Positions 19,101-31,256 are shown, counted from the stretch's first letter. The stretch is 64,000 nt of DNA from Thecamonas trahens ATCC 50062 (GCF_000142905.1 NW_013657605.1:1-64000), one strand, 5' to 3'. The notes: a model not told the origin generated them from the letters alone. Numbers and translations are program-made.

Positions 19101-20600
19101 CTACCACACCGGCGAGTTGAGGATGAAGAGCGTGCCCTCCTGCGACTTGATCCAGCGGAGGAGCTTGTTGCACGAGGCAATGGCGAGCTTCTTGGGAACA
19201 AGCGGACCAAAGACGACGTAGAGTTCGAACGAGGAGGTGACCCAGGCAAGGAGTGTCTCCGACTGCGAGACCTGGTAGTAGATCTTGACGTCGTTGGCGA
19301 CGGTGTGGACCTTCTCGATGACGTCCTGGTAGACACGGAGAAGGCGCCGCTGCTCGCCGCCGGTGATGTACGGGGCAGACCATGCCGGGGCGGTGTACTG
19401 CCGGGACGATACCGACTTGTAGAGAAAGTGGAGGAGACCCGGAATGCCGAGTTCGTCGACCGAGTAGGCCTGCGATGCCATGGCGTCGGTGATGGCCGCC
19501 AGATGCCCACCGGCGGTGATTTCTGTTGCCACACGGTCTTTGCACGCCTGCATGTCGTGGAAGCTCTCGGCCTCGGTTGAGATGAGGAGGAGGCAGACGC
19601 CCGACGCCAGGAACGACGAGTACACATGCAAGTGTCCGGTGTCGTTAAAGTGCGGGAGGCAGAACGGCGTCCACGAGTCCGCCGCCTCGTTGCGCAACGT
19701 CGGCGAGGCCTTGACAAAGTTCATGATCAGCAGCAGATCGATTGGGTGCAGGCCGCGCGACTTGGGCCGCACCAGGGTGACAAGGTGCGAGTCGGCGATG
19801 ACCAGCGCGTACAGCAGGCCGGAGATCTTGACCTCTTGCAGCGCAGAGCCAACCGCAGCGCGGACTGACGCTGCCAGCCGCAGACACTCGGCTGCGCCCA
19901 GCAGGTACGATGGGTCCGAGTCCATGAGCTCAATGAGCGAGTCGATGAGCGGCTCGGTCCCGCCGAGCATCCGCCGCAGATCAAAGTGCGGCCGCTGCTC
20001 AAACAGCCGCACAATGTACGGCGCTGTGAGGACAGAGACCACTAGGTTGTGTACATACTGCAGTAGCATCCGCAGATGCGAGGCAGGCTCGCGCGTCCGC
20101 GCCACGCACACGTAGTACAGCGGGCCGTTGGAGTAGAACACGTACGTCACATCGCCCGCCACAAGATGCTGCAGCTCGTCGTCGTTGTCGTCCACAAACG
20201 AGATCATGGCCTGAAGCACACCGAAAAAGCCCGACAGCCGCGACTCATCACCGTACCGTGCATAGATCGGCTTGCCTGCCGACGACAGAATGAACACATG
20301 CTTGTCATGCTGCGTCCAGCCCGGCGATGTCGCCTCCTCGTGCGCGTGCTTCCGTCTCCTCGCCGCAATGGCCTCGTTCGACACATCGTACACATCGTAC
20401 TCGATCTCCATGCCTGTCTCTTCCTCCGCCTCCTCATTGCCACCCGCAGCCACGCCTCCGCCATCACCACCGTCTCGCACGTCCTCGTCCTCGCCGTCGC
20501 CCTCGTTCTCACTCTCGCCACCACTCGCGCCCGCCACGTCCTCCACAGTTTGCACAAGCGCATCCATGTCTTGCGTATCCCCTCCCAGCGGCGGAGACAT
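19101..20600 (-). CDS. MON1: Vacuolar fusion protein Mon1/SAND (Rab7 GEF subunit)
   Basis: KHVFILSSAGKPIYARYGDE, LQAMISF, FDLRRMLGGTE, LHPIDLLL, WTPFCLPHFNDTGHLHVY, LLHFLYKS, FELYVVF. Confidence 0.95.
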   Translation of the reverse strand: MSPPLGGDTQDMDALVQTVEDVAGASGGESENEGDGEDEDVRDGGDGGGVAAGGNEEAEEETGMEIEYDVYDVSNEAIAARRRKHAHEEATSPGWTQHDKHVFILSSAGKPIYARYGDESRLSGFFGVLQAMISFVDDNDDELQHLVAGDVTYVFYSNGPLYYVCVARTREPASHLRMLLQYVHNLVVSVLTAPYIVRLFEQRPHFDLRRMLGGTEPLIDSLIELMDSDPSYLLGAAECLRLAASVRAAVGSALQEVKISGLLYALVIADSHLVTLVRPKSRGLHPIDLLLIMNFVKASPTLRNEAADSWTPFCLPHFNDTGHLHVYSSFLASGVCLLLISTEAESFHDMQACKDRVATEITAGGHLAAITDAMASQAYSVDELGIPGLLHFLYKSVSSRQYTAPAWSAPYITGGEQRRLLRVYQDVIEKVHTVANDVKIYYQVSQSETLLAWVTSSFELYVVFGPLVPKKLAIASCNKLLRWIKSQEGTLFILNSPVW

Positions 20601-21303
20601 GCCTGTAGTCGTCCTGTCCCCCGTCTCACACCCACACGATGTGTGAGCTGTGTGGCCTCGCCCCTGCCCCCCCCCCCCNNNNNNNNNNNNNNNNNNNNNN
20701 NNNNNNNNNNNNNNNNNNNNNNNNNNNNNNNNNNNNNNNNNNNNNNNNNNNNNNNNNNNNNNNNNNNNNNNNNNNNNNGCATCTTGGCCAACGATTAGTT
20801 GAACAACAAATGGTGTTGATTCCGCGCATCGATGACTTTAACAACAAAGGCGTCGATTATCGATTATCCCCTTCAATTATTCCTTGGGCAATGGTTCGAT
20901 GGGTGACCAAGCCAGGCAGAGTGGCGAGCAGAGACAGCCTACGGTAGTGGGGGAGGTATGCCGCAAAACACACAACGACACCACTCAGCTCTGTCCACTG
21001 CAGCCAACCACTTTGCAGAGTGGTAGAGAGGCAGACAACCCACCTGTCCACCTCCCTTCTGTCCCCCTCTCCCCTTCCCTCCCTCCTCCCCCCCCCCCCC
21101 CCCTCCCGTCCGTAGCTGGACAACCACCGCACACGCGTGCAACCGCATCTCCCTCGACCACCCGAACAGGCCCATTTCCTCTCCTGGCTCACTACCACCA
21201 GTTGCCCGAGGAAGAGATCTGTTCAAAGGTCGACCATCACGTCACCATCATCCGCAAGGTCATCATCGTATAGCGCGGGTGAGAGCAAGAGCACGCGGAC
21301 AAG

Positions 21304-22092
21304 ATGAACATCTTCGGGCTCGGGTCTGGAAAGACCAAGACGTTCCGCCCCAAGCGCGGGAAGAAGAAGCGGCCGGGCTTGGCATCGGGCGCGCCAGACA
21401 TGGGCGAGTTCTCCTTTGCCAACCTCCGGGCCGATCTCCGCAAGTTTGTCGTCCTGCCCGAGTCGCAGTGCGAAGAAGAGTGGCTTGCCGTCCACACGCA
21501 GGACTTCTTCAACCTGACAAACATCCTGTACGGCACGCTTTCGCAGTACTGCACGGATGACGCCTGTCCGGTCATGTCTGCTGGCCCGCTGTACGAGTAC
21601 TGGTGGCGCGACGAGGTGAAGAAGAAGGCGCAGCAGGTCTCTGCCCCGGTCTACGTCGACTCACTGATGCAGTGGATCGAGGACCAGATGGGAGACGAGG
21701 CCATCTTTCCGTCGCCGGCCACTGTCGCCGACGTCGCCGCAGGCGGCTCCGCCGCGTCGTCGACGGGCGGCGATGCCCAGTCGCCCGATCAGGAGCTGGC
21801 TGCGGTCGCCCTCGCATCCAATGCCTTCCCGCCCAACTTCAAGTCGGTCGTCAAGAAGATCTTCTCGCGCCTCTTCCGTGTCTATGGCCACATCTACCAC
21901 ACCCACCTCCAGCACATCATCGCCCTCGACCAGGAACTGCACCTCAACTCAGTCTTCCTCCACCTTATTTTCTTCATCCAGGAGTTCAAGCTGGTCGAAA
22001 AGAAGGAGCTCGAGCCTCTCAACGAGGTCATTGACCGCCTCGTCTCTGCTGCTGACGCCGAGACCACCGAAGAGTCATCCACCACCGGCTGA
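21304..22092 (+). CDS. MOB1: MOB kinase activator (MOB1 family)
   Basis: KTFRPK, VVLP...EEWLAVHTQDFFN, CPVMSAGPLYEYWW, SAPVYVDSLMQW, VKKIFSRLFRVYGHIYHTH, HLNSVF, FKLVEKKELEPL. Confidence 0.92.
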   Translation: MNIFGLGSGKTKTFRPKRGKKKRPGLASGAPDMGEFSFANLRADLRKFVVLPESQCEEEWLAVHTQDFFNLTNILYGTLSQYCTDDACPVMSAGPLYEYWWRDEVKKKAQQVSAPVYVDSLMQWIEDQMGDEAIFPSPATVADVAAGGSAASSTGGDAQSPDQELAAVALASNAFPPNFKSVVKKIFSRLFRVYGHIYHTHLQHIIALDQELHLNSVFLHLIFFIQEFKLVEKKELEPLNEVIDRLVSAADAETTEESSTTG

Positions 22093-22445
22093 TCGTTATC
22101 GCAGGCAATATCCATACATGCCGTCATACCCACCGAACTGTTGCCAACACGTATGAACACATTGTTGATCTACAAGTAGTTGATCCCCTCCCCTCCCCCT
22201 CCCCGCACCCGGCGCACATGCGACTCGGTCCGTCGGTCTTGAGCACCACTCGTTCGACAACCCCAAGCACTCGACCCGGCGAGCTGGCGAGAGAGACAGG
22301 AGAGCCACCGCCTGCCCCGACCAGCTTACTCACGACAGAAGCAAGACAGACACCTACAGTCTCGACAAAGCCCTTGCCTTCGCCGTGGTCATACCCTCTC
22401 CCTGCTCTCCTCTGTCCTCCCTCCCATCTCCTCCATCACATACAC

Positions 22446-25400
22446 ATGTCCGACTCTGCCTCGGACGACACTCCGACCACGCCCGCGGGCCCACCACCCA
22501 TGCCGCACCGCTCACTTGGTACGCGGCCTCCCTCTCCCCCTCCCCATCCATGTCCCCATGCTCGGCTATGCAACATTGTGGTCTTGCTGCTGTACCCTCT
22601 GTCGTTAGGGTGCAGTAGCACAGGTCGCCGTGTAGGCGACTCCGACTGTGGGAGCGTGGCAAGTGTGACTTCAGCTCTGTGGCCTGTATGCCATCTGTGG
22701 GTGGGTGGCGGCGGCTTGTGTGATGTGTGACTAACTCTTGCTGGATCTTATGTGGTGTATCGCCGGATGGTGATGACGGTGGTGGCGGTGATGGCGATCG
22801 CGATGGTGTGGCGGCGATCGCCCGGGCGGCTGATGGCCCGCCGACAACCTGGGTATACAATCTCGGCAATGTGTGACGCACTCTTGCTGAATGCTCTGTG
22901 CTGCATCGCCGGATGGTGGTGGTGTTGATGGCGGTGTGGCGGTGATGGTCATGGCCTGCCTCTGCTCGCACGGATACCACTGACACAGCTGTCGAAGTCG
23001 TTGAACCGGATGAGACACCAATCCGCATCGTCCGGACGCTGCAAGAGCTGGCCGAGGTCGAGGTCTCGTATCTGTCCAAGCTGTATGCGCTGAAGCATCT
23101 GCGCGAGGTTTGTCGCGGCAAAGAGCCGACAGCCGAGCGTGAGGTCATGAATGCGCTCGTCCCTCACGACCTCATCATGTCTCTTTACGTCATCCACACA
23201 CAAGACAAGGTGCTGTTGCCGTCTCCGCTTGATTTGGCGTCGGCGTCGTCGTACTTTGACAATCCAGGCGTGACGGCCAACTTGTCGTTCTACGTCCACT
23301 ATGTGGCCCAGTGGGAGACGATCACCGGCGCCATGCAGGCCGCCAACGCTCGTCCGGCCTTCCGAACCTTCTGCGCGTCGGTCCTCGACGAGCTTCCTGG
23401 CCTCGACTTTGGGCGAACGCTGTACAACTTGCTCTACGCCCCGATTGCACACATCTTCCACGTCAAGAACATCATCGAGACGCTGGTGAAGGAAGTGTGT
23501 GGCAAGGGTGCGGCCCAGTCGCCGTCGCCGGACCACATTGCAAGCTGTGAGCTGTGTTCGGGCTACGCCAAGATGCGTGCGCTGGTTGCCAAGCTCAACT
23601 CCAAGATGGCCCACGTTAAGGACAAGGCCACCACCGTCGTTCTTCATTCGAGCTTCTCGTCGGCGACCCAGGCCGTGCTCGCGCCTGATCTTGCCTCACG
23701 CATCGCCGTCCGCCAGGGCGACGTCTTCCCGCGGCAAGTCTCCATGATCACCGGCTCGGCGTCGTATGCCACTTCGACCTCGACGCTCATTCTCTTCAAC
23801 GACGTGGCTGTCCTCGTCAACGGCCCCGGCAAGGAGCAGGTACTCGGCTGCAACCGGTTCTTCTCGGTCGCCATTGCCGACCACGACCCGACCGCCTTTG
23901 TTCTCTTCATTCCTTCGCCGCCGCACTCGCCGACACTTACCACCGAGCTGACGTTCCGGACGCCGTCGACGGTCGAGGCCAACAAGTGGGTCGAGGCGTT
24001 CCAGTCCGAGATCGAAAAGGCGCTCTCACTGCATCTCTCGACGCTGGCGCCACCAGAGCCGGACCTGCTAGTCCTCGAGGATGCTGCACCATCGACGCCT
24101 GTTGCCAACCACGGCTCGCCGCTCGACCGTGTCGGCGTCATGGCCAAGGCCGCCAAGCGGCGCTCGACCGCCATCCGGTCGATGGACCACGAAGCCCGGC
24201 AAGAGGCCAGGTTTTACCTCGAGCTCAGGCAGTGGATCGAGCAGGAACTGGTGGCCGAGTACACCGGTAAGATCGAGAACCTGGAGAACCAGCTCGCTGA
24301 CCGGGACGCGGTCATTGCTGCCAACACCGAGATCAACGCGGTGCTCGAGGCTGAGATCACCAAGGTTGTGTCCGAGAAGGAGGCCGAGGAGCAGGCCAAG
24401 GCCATGGCTGCTGAAGCCTCGGCCCAGTCGCAGGACGCGTTTGCTTACCTCGAGCAGCAGTATGCCGCGCAGGTCTCGTACGCCCAAAAGCTCTCGGAGG
24501 AGCTGTTCAAGACCAAGTCCGAGCTAGCCCGCGAGCACGACCGGTTGCTGGCGTCGGAGAAGAAGTTCCGCAAGGTTGACTTTGTGCTTGGCCGGAAGAA
24601 CGCCGAGCTCGACAAGGTCCGCTCAGAGTCACAGACGCTCCACGAGTCGACCATCTCTATGTTCCAGGAAGAGATCCAAGCACTCAAGCGCTTACTGGCA
24701 ACCAAGGACGAGGAGCTCGAGCACTACCGCAAGCGCATTGCCGAGCTCCGCGACGCCTCGGCGCGCCGGCCGCGGACAGCGTCGGCGACCGACGGCACCG
24801 AAGGCAATGACGGGTTCATGATGGTCACCTCGGCACAGGGCTTTACTGAAGAGGAGCACTTTGCCGCCATCGACCAGCTCACCCGCGATCTCCGCACCGC
24901 CTTTGATGACGAGATGAATGCGATGCGCAACGAGCTGGAGACTCATCAGGAGCTTGCCAAGACGCTGGCGTACGAGAAGCGCGCGGTCGAGATGCAGTAC
25001 CACGCGCTGGCAACCGAGATGGCCCAGCTCATGCAGAAGAGCGAGCAGGAAGCAGAGCCCTCCGGCGCAACAGCGCAGCTGGCGGTCAGCGAGCAGCCAG
25101 CCCCGACTGACAACCGTTCGCCTGCCCGGCCGCAGATCCGGCCAGACGAGCTCCGTGCCCAGTCCAAGCTGCTGGCGCTCGAGGCCGAAATTCGCAAGCT
25201 CAAGGGATCGCTGGCAAGCAAGGACGATGTCATCGCCGAGCTTCGGCACGAGATAGAGATCGCGTCACACAAGTTTGACATGCAGCTGCGGGTGACGTCG
25301 CGCGAGGTCGACGCACTCAATTTTGAGATTCAGTCGTTGCGCGAGTCGACGGCCAACGAAAAGGCTGGCCTCCTCGCGCGAATCAAGGCGTACGAGATGC

Positions 25401-25711
25401 GGCTGGCCGAGACGCGGCGGGCGCGGACGGCGTCCGACTCGGCGGTTGTGACGATGGGTGACGGGCACATGCACCGCGCGACGCGATCAGCCGTCGACAT
25501 GGTCCGTGGTGACGGCATCCCGGGCTCGGCTAGCGAGACCGAGTCTGACAGCGAGTCTGGGCCTGGAAATGACGTGTTTGACGGGCTCTCGGCCATGCGG
25601 CGGCAGTGCACGCAGTGCAGACAGTTTAGAGACCAGACGGCGTTCGAGTCGGCGCAGTGGCTGCAACCGGTAGCTGGCGTCCGCATCTGTCGCAGCTGTG
25701 GTGGCAACTAA
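22446..25711 (+). CDS. DH-PH (RhoGEF-like) protein with long coiled coil and C-terminal C4 zinc finger; predicted intron 22519-22988
   Basis: Exon 1 MSDSASDD...HRSL ends at a G|GTACGC donor; the ACTGACACAG acceptor at 22988 is phase-compatible. Next come LQELAEVEVSYLSKL (DH helix 1), LLYAPIAHI, LILFNDVAV...FRTPSTVEANKWVEAF (PH), a coiled coil and CTQC...CRSC. Confidence 0.72.
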
Positions 25712-26544
25712 AGCTTCGAACGGATTTTCTTGGGCACCACCGGGTGCGACGACGAGAGGCCGCCATCGACAGCCAGCGCCTGCCCGTTGATGTATGACGC
25801 GGCGTCCGAGGCGAGGAAAACAATCGCGTTTGCGATGTCGACCGGCAAGCCCGGGCGGCGGCACGGGTTGAGCTGGCCGATCTTCCCGCTGGTACCCCGT
25901 GCGCGGGCGAGGTCGAAGAGCGGCTTGGTCATGCCTGTCTCCACCAAGCCCGGGCAAACGGCGTTGACCCGGATGACGGCCCCGCCCATGACATCGGGGG
26001 CGAGGTCGTTGGCGGCAGCCTTAACAAGGCCGATGACGGCAGCTTTGGAGGCTGAGTAGTCTGCCGGCCCAGCACCCGAGCGCAGGCCCGCCACCGAGGC
26101 GGTAGCCACAATGGATCCACCTGTTCCAGCATCCTTCATGGCCCGCGCCGCGTCGCGGATGCCGAGAAAAGTGCCCAGGACGTTGACGCGGAGCGTCCGC
26201 TCCACATCAGCGGCATCGGCGTGAAGCAGAGACCCGGGCGTGCCGAGGACGCCTGCGTTTGCGATGTAGACGTCCAGCCGACCAAAGGACTTGATGGCTG
26301 TCTCGACAATCCTGGCTGAGTCCACCTCGTCGGCCACATCGGCCGTAATGGCCACGACCCGCCCCCGGCCCGCCGCCGCCTGACAGGCGTCGACGGTGGC
26401 ATCGAGGCCCGCCTCGTTGAGGTCGGCCAGCACCAGGCGAGCACCGAGGCCCGCCAGCAGCACAGCAGTCACCCGTCCCAGACCAGACCCTCCGCCCGTC
26501 ACCACGCACACCCGGTCGCCCCACTCGTTGTCCATGGTGGCCAT
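25708..26544 (-). CDS. Classical short-chain dehydrogenase/reductase
   Basis: TGGGSGLG, FGRLDVYIANAG, ASVAG, YSASK, IRVNAVCPG, INGQALAVDGG. Confidence 0.95.
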   Translation of the reverse strand: MATMDNEWGDRVCVVTGGGSGLGRVTAVLLAGLGARLVLADLNEAGLDATVDACQAAAGRGRVVAITADVADEVDSARIVETAIKSFGRLDVYIANAGVLGTPGSLLHADAADVERTLRVNVLGTFLGIRDAARAMKDAGTGGSIVATASVAGLRSGAGPADYSASKAAVIGLVKAAANDLAPDVMGGAVIRVNAVCPGLVETGMTKPLFDLARARGTSGKIGQLNPCRRPGLPVDIANAIVFLASDAASYINGQALAVDGGLSSSHPVVPKKIRSKL

Positions 26545-26860
26545 CGCTGGGGTCGGGTGTTAGCGGGTGCTGTAGGCCGGTGGCCGCGGTCGGGGACGAC
26601 TTGGCCCATAGCGGCGACTTGACCGATGAGATGGGTGATGATGGGTGGCGGGGATGGTGGGGATGGCGATGGCGATGGGGAGATGGAGACGATGGCCATC
26701 AACTAGCGACTGGGCGTGTAAAGGCACACGACTGTGGGGCGAGTGGAGCACGATGGCTTGCACTCCTGCCCCCCCCCCCCCCCCCCCCCCCCCGTCCTCC
26801 GCTGTCAGGCAGTCACAAGCAGGCACTCACCTGACTCTGCCACAGGTTGCGGCGGCGACC

Positions 26861-28528
26861 ATGTCCAAGCGGCCGACAGTGGTCATTCCCCAGGGCCCGT
26901 CTCAAGCAGATGGACCTTTGACCAACGAGGTCGAGACGGCAGTGACAGCTGGCTCTGCCCGTGCCCGCCGCTCTGCAACGCTCCGTACTCCTTCGTCCAC
27001 CGCACTCCGCTCGCCTGCGGCAGATTGGTCTGTCCGCGGAGGCGACACGCCGCCGCCCGGCGATACCGATGCAGCTCATGATCATGATCATGATCATGGT
27101 GGGCCTCACGAGGCACCTGCTGACACGCCGAGCATCAATGTCGGCATCTCGGCCTTTGTCTCGCTGCTCCGACGGAATCGTGCCTATCGGTGGTTGTGGA
27201 TTGGTGGCTTCATCTCGGGCTTGGGCACCTGGTTCAACGAGATCGCGACCGTGGTCATCTTGCAGCGCTACACAAGCTCGGCCTTTATGATGTCGCTGTA
27301 CTTTATACTCCGCCTGGTCTCTGCAGCCGCCTTTTCGCCCGTTGGTGGCGTCATCACCGATGCCCTGCCCAAGATCTACGTTCTTATCGCCTGCGACCTT
27401 GTGGCCACCGTAGCTGTCTGCGCCTACCTCTTGGTCCAGTCGGCAGAGACGCTGTGGATCGTCTATGTTAACGTGGTGGCCATCGGCTGTATTTCAGCGG
27501 TGATGCAGCCGTGCAAGTCGGCGTTGGTGGCCGAGGTGGTCGGCGGCGGCGACGACCTCGAGCTGGCCAACGCCCTTTCGTCCATGTCGTCGTCGTCGAC
27601 GTTCGCGGTCGGATCAGCGCTCTCTGGCCTTGCCACCGGTGTGCTGGGCACGTCGCCGGCGTACATCATTGACGCGTTGACGTTTGCGCTGTCGGCTGTG
27701 TGTATGGTGGTCGCCGCGCGAGTCATGAGCGGTCGCCCGGCGGCGTACGCGGTTCTCGACGAGCATGCACCGCCACCGGACACTCCCATTGCTGGCGAAT
27801 CGGACGAGGACGAGCCGTTTGCGGAAACAGAACCATTGTCGTCAGGGCCCCTCGGATGGATCCGGGCGTACGGTCACGGCGTGGCATTCATGGTCGTACG
27901 CGAGCCGACGCTGCTGCTATGTGCCCTTCTCAGCGCAGCGTTCAAGTTTGCGGACGCCTCGGGCGATCTGATTGTGACCCGGCTCGCTGAGCACGAGTAC
28001 TCGCTCGGCCTGTCGAACTCGGGCATGGCGCTGGGACTCACATTTCTCTCTCTCTCTCTGGGCATTGTGGCCGGTCCGTTTGCCATGCGGCGATTCCAGG
28101 CTGCACGCTATGGCGTTGACGTGCCGATTTCTGGCCGGTTGCTGTTTGCCGAGTTTGGCTTTGGTCTCGCTAGCCTTGCGTTTGCCATCATCGGCCTGCA
28201 GCTCTCGATGGCGGCATACTTTGCCGCCCTCTCCATGCTCGGCGCTGGGCTTATCTTCATCTACCTGCCGATGAGCGTGGTGCTACAGAAGATGTCACCA
28301 GCTTACGTCCGCGGACGTGTTCTCGCCACATCGTCGTCGATGCGGCTCTTTGCCGGCGCGCTCGGCTTCTATCTCTCCTCGATGCTTCTGGACAAGGCAA
28401 AGTGGACCGAAAAGACCGTCGAGCTTGTGCTTTCGACAGCGCCATGTGTGGTGGCCTGTCTCGCCTGCGCAATCGCCCGCCGCCGTGCGCTTGCCCGCGA
28501 GGCTCGTGCTTCTGTCCACAGCCAGTAG
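26861..28528 (+). CDS. Major facilitator superfamily transporter (MFS_3/macrolide-efflux-like)
   Basis: About 12 hydrophobic segments; LLRRNRAYRWLWIGGFISGLGTWF, GGVITDALPK (motif A), LQKMSPAYVRGRV. ATG at 26861 chosen. Confidence 0.88.
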   Translation: MSKRPTVVIPQGPSQADGPLTNEVETAVTAGSARARRSATLRTPSSTALRSPAADWSVRGGDTPPPGDTDAAHDHDHDHGGPHEAPADTPSINVGISAFVSLLRRNRAYRWLWIGGFISGLGTWFNEIATVVILQRYTSSAFMMSLYFILRLVSAAAFSPVGGVITDALPKIYVLIACDLVATVAVCAYLLVQSAETLWIVYVNVVAIGCISAVMQPCKSALVAEVVGGGDDLELANALSSMSSSSTFAVGSALSGLATGVLGTSPAYIIDALTFALSAVCMVVAARVMSGRPAAYAVLDEHAPPPDTPIAGESDEDEPFAETEPLSSGPLGWIRAYGHGVAFMVVREPTLLLCALLSAAFKFADASGDLIVTRLAEHEYSLGLSNSGMALGLTFLSLSLGIVAGPFAMRRFQAARYGVDVPISGRLLFAEFGFGLASLAFAIIGLQLSMAAYFAALSMLGAGLIFIYLPMSVVLQKMSPAYVRGRVLATSSSMRLFAGALGFYLSSMLLDKAKWTEKTVELVLSTAPCVVACLACAIARRRALAREARASVHSQ

Positions 28529-28969
28529 CCCCCCCCCCCNNNNNNNNNNNNNNNNNNNNNNNNNNNNNNNNNNNNNNNNNNNNNNNNNNNNNNNNNNNNN
28601 NNNNNNNNNNNNNNNNNNNNNNNNNNNNNNNNNNNNNNNNNNNNNNNNNNNNNNNNNNNNNNNNNNNNNNNNNNNNNNNNNNNNNNNNNNNNNNNNNNNN
28701 NNNNNNNNNNNNNNNNNNNNNNNNNNNNNNNNNNNNNNNNNNNNNNNNNNNNNNNNNNNNNNNNNNNNNNNNNNNNNTACTCCTGTGTCTCGGGGGAGCC
28801 ACGCCAAGTGGGGGAAAAAAAAGAGGATTTTTCCCCCATACAAAGAGAGAGGGTGGAGAGCCTCGTATATAGACCCCCCCAGCTCCCGCAACGACACATT
28901 ATTGAGGGATATGTTGTATGAGAAGATTTTCCTCCCATTCCGGATAATGAGTGGTGTTTCTTTTGGCCA

Positions 28970-29007
<38 letters not shown>

Positions 29008-29233
29008 ATGACCAGGGGGTTGGGGTTGTGGCCATGGCCGTGGCGTGGCGGTCGTGCCCTGGTCGCATCGGTGAGATCGTGTGGGTGCAGGCTGCGGTCG
29101 CATCGCTCGGAGTGGGCATAGCCAATCCGTCGTTGGACCGCGCTGTGTGGGGATGGCCTTCACTCGCGGGCACGGCCTGCCTGCTGCTCATTGTCCTCAC
29201 TCATCCAACATCCAACATCACATACATGCACAG

Positions 29234-31256
29234 TGACGAACACCACGTCGTCGCAGCTCACTGTCACAGCTCTCCGCATCTCGGACGTCTCATCGCCGCT
29301 TGGCGCCTCGCTGGCTAGAACTGGTGCTGGCTCGCTGCTTGGCGCCTCGCTGGCCTCGGCCTCCTCGCTGGCCTCGGTAAGTTCGACTGGCGACGCGTCG
29401 CCGTTCTTTGTTCTCGTCGCTGCGCCGGGCTTGCCGCACATCCTGGCGCCCGGCGAGGCTGTCGATGTGGCGGTGGCATTTACCCCGCATCTGCCTGGCC
29501 CGTATCATGCCCTGTTGACGGTCCAGCCTACTGCTGGCTCGCCGGTCATGCGCATCGCCCTGGTTGGCTCGTGCCACATCACAACCTCGCCCTCGGCGGG
29601 CCGCACGGCCTCGACTTCGCCCGCGGCAATGCCGTCCGGCGTTCACTCGTCGTCGTTTGAGGCTCTGTGGCACGTCCACCGGTCGTCGATCGCAAGCCGC
29701 CCCCGCGCTCCGTCGAGCTCTGTCTCACCGTCGGGCAGGTATCCGCGCCCGCTCCACCCGGCGTCGCTCGTCGGCTCCACGGCCTACAACTCGACCACCG
29801 CCTCGGGTTTGCCGCCGCGCACCACAGCCCGGGCCTCGCCGCACTCGCCTAGCACCCGCCGTGTCAACACCAGCATTGCGTCGACGACGTCGTCGTTCGG
29901 CAACCGCTCGTCCACCCGCGAGCTCGAGAACCGCATCGCTCACCTGGAGAACGTCATGGAGTCGCTCTTTGCCTCGTCCGCTGTGTGGAACACCACTGCG
30001 CCAAGCATCTCCCGCTCGTCCATCGCGTACCCGAGCCTTCCACCAGCTCCGCCACCGGCTGTTGGGAGCATTCACTACGCGCCGCCACCGGCAGCATCTA
30101 TGTCGCCGCTGTGCGTGTCGCCGCCACTCTCGCCCACTCGGTCTCTTTCGCGGTCGCGGTCGCACTCTCACTCGCGCTCGCCGATGCGCTCACCGCCCAA
30201 GCCGACGTTCCACTCGCCAGCGCGCGCATCACCCCCGCCGCACGCGGTTGCCACTCCGCTCTCGACTGGCAAGAGGTCGGTCCGCTGGGCTGAGCCGCTG
30301 GAGCAAAAGCCGGAGCCGTCACCACACCTTGTGGCGCCGCCGTCGCCGATGCGGTTCTCGCAGTTTGCCCCACGCAACTCGCCGCTCAACCTCGAGTCCG
30401 GCTATCTTCGCCCGGCCTCGCCGTCGCCGTTCTACTCGGTGACGCCGTCTGCGAGCCCGGGCTCACCAGCACGCGCTCCGCATGCCTCATTTGCCCACAC
30501 TTCCAACGGCTCGTCAGCTGCGTCCTTCATCGCCGCGCCGCCTGCGCCGAGCTCAACTCACGCCGCCGCGCTCCTCGAGCCGCTGACGTCGACCGCTCGC
30601 ATCGAAGCCGACCTCACCGCGCCTGGCCTGCCGCTCGCGCCGCCGACGCCCGCCACCCCTATGGTCTCGCCTCACCGGGTCAAGTCGATCTCTATCGAGG
30701 ATCTTGAGTTCTCGGAGCGGAAACGAAAGCAGCTGCTCGAGGCCGAGTCGAACGCCGCTGCCATGTGGGAGTCGCTCGCCGCTGCGCCCAACACCGGCTT
30801 TGGTCTCTCCCCCTTCCCCTCGCCCTACCTCGGCGGCGGCGGCGGCTTGGGCATGCCCATGACACCACTCTCGCCGGCAGGTCGGGCCTGGCATGCTCAA
30901 ACCCCGCTCTCGGCCCGCAAGCCTTCGATCCAACTCCATACCCGAACTCCCTCGCCCGACTCGCGGCGCTCACTGCTGAGCTCGCGCTCGTCCCCGAGCT
31001 CACCGTCCCGGCCCACCCCGGAGCCGCCGGCCATCACCATCACGCCAGGTTCTATCGCCAACCCGCCGCCTAGCTTTTCGCCCTCCACGTCGCCCGACCG
31101 GCCGCCCACCCCCCGCGCAACGCTCTCACAGACTCGATCGACCACCAGGCCAAGATCGAGCGCATCAAGCGCAAGCGCGCCTCGGTCCTGCAAGCCAAGG
31201 CCCGCCCGATGTCGTCGTCTTCGTCATTGTCATCGCAGGCTAATCGCCACCACTAA
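29234..31256 (+). CDS. ASH/MSP-type Ig-fold domain protein with long Ser/Pro-rich disordered region (5' exon unresolved; possible intron 31049-31131)
   Basis: VTNTTSSQLTV...LAPGEAVDVAVAFTPHLPGPYHALLTV...IALVG fits the ASH (ASPM/SPD-2/Hydin) fold consensus. Short coiled coil TRELENRIAHLENVMESL. A phase-compatible splice gives the C-terminus DSIDHQAKIERIKRKR...RHH*. Confidence 0.6.

Noticed and set aside
28778-28980. Homopolymer-rich lower-GC segment after a gap as a possible insertion
   Set aside because: Lies between a gap and a 30-nt G-run and looks like low-quality read end sequence.
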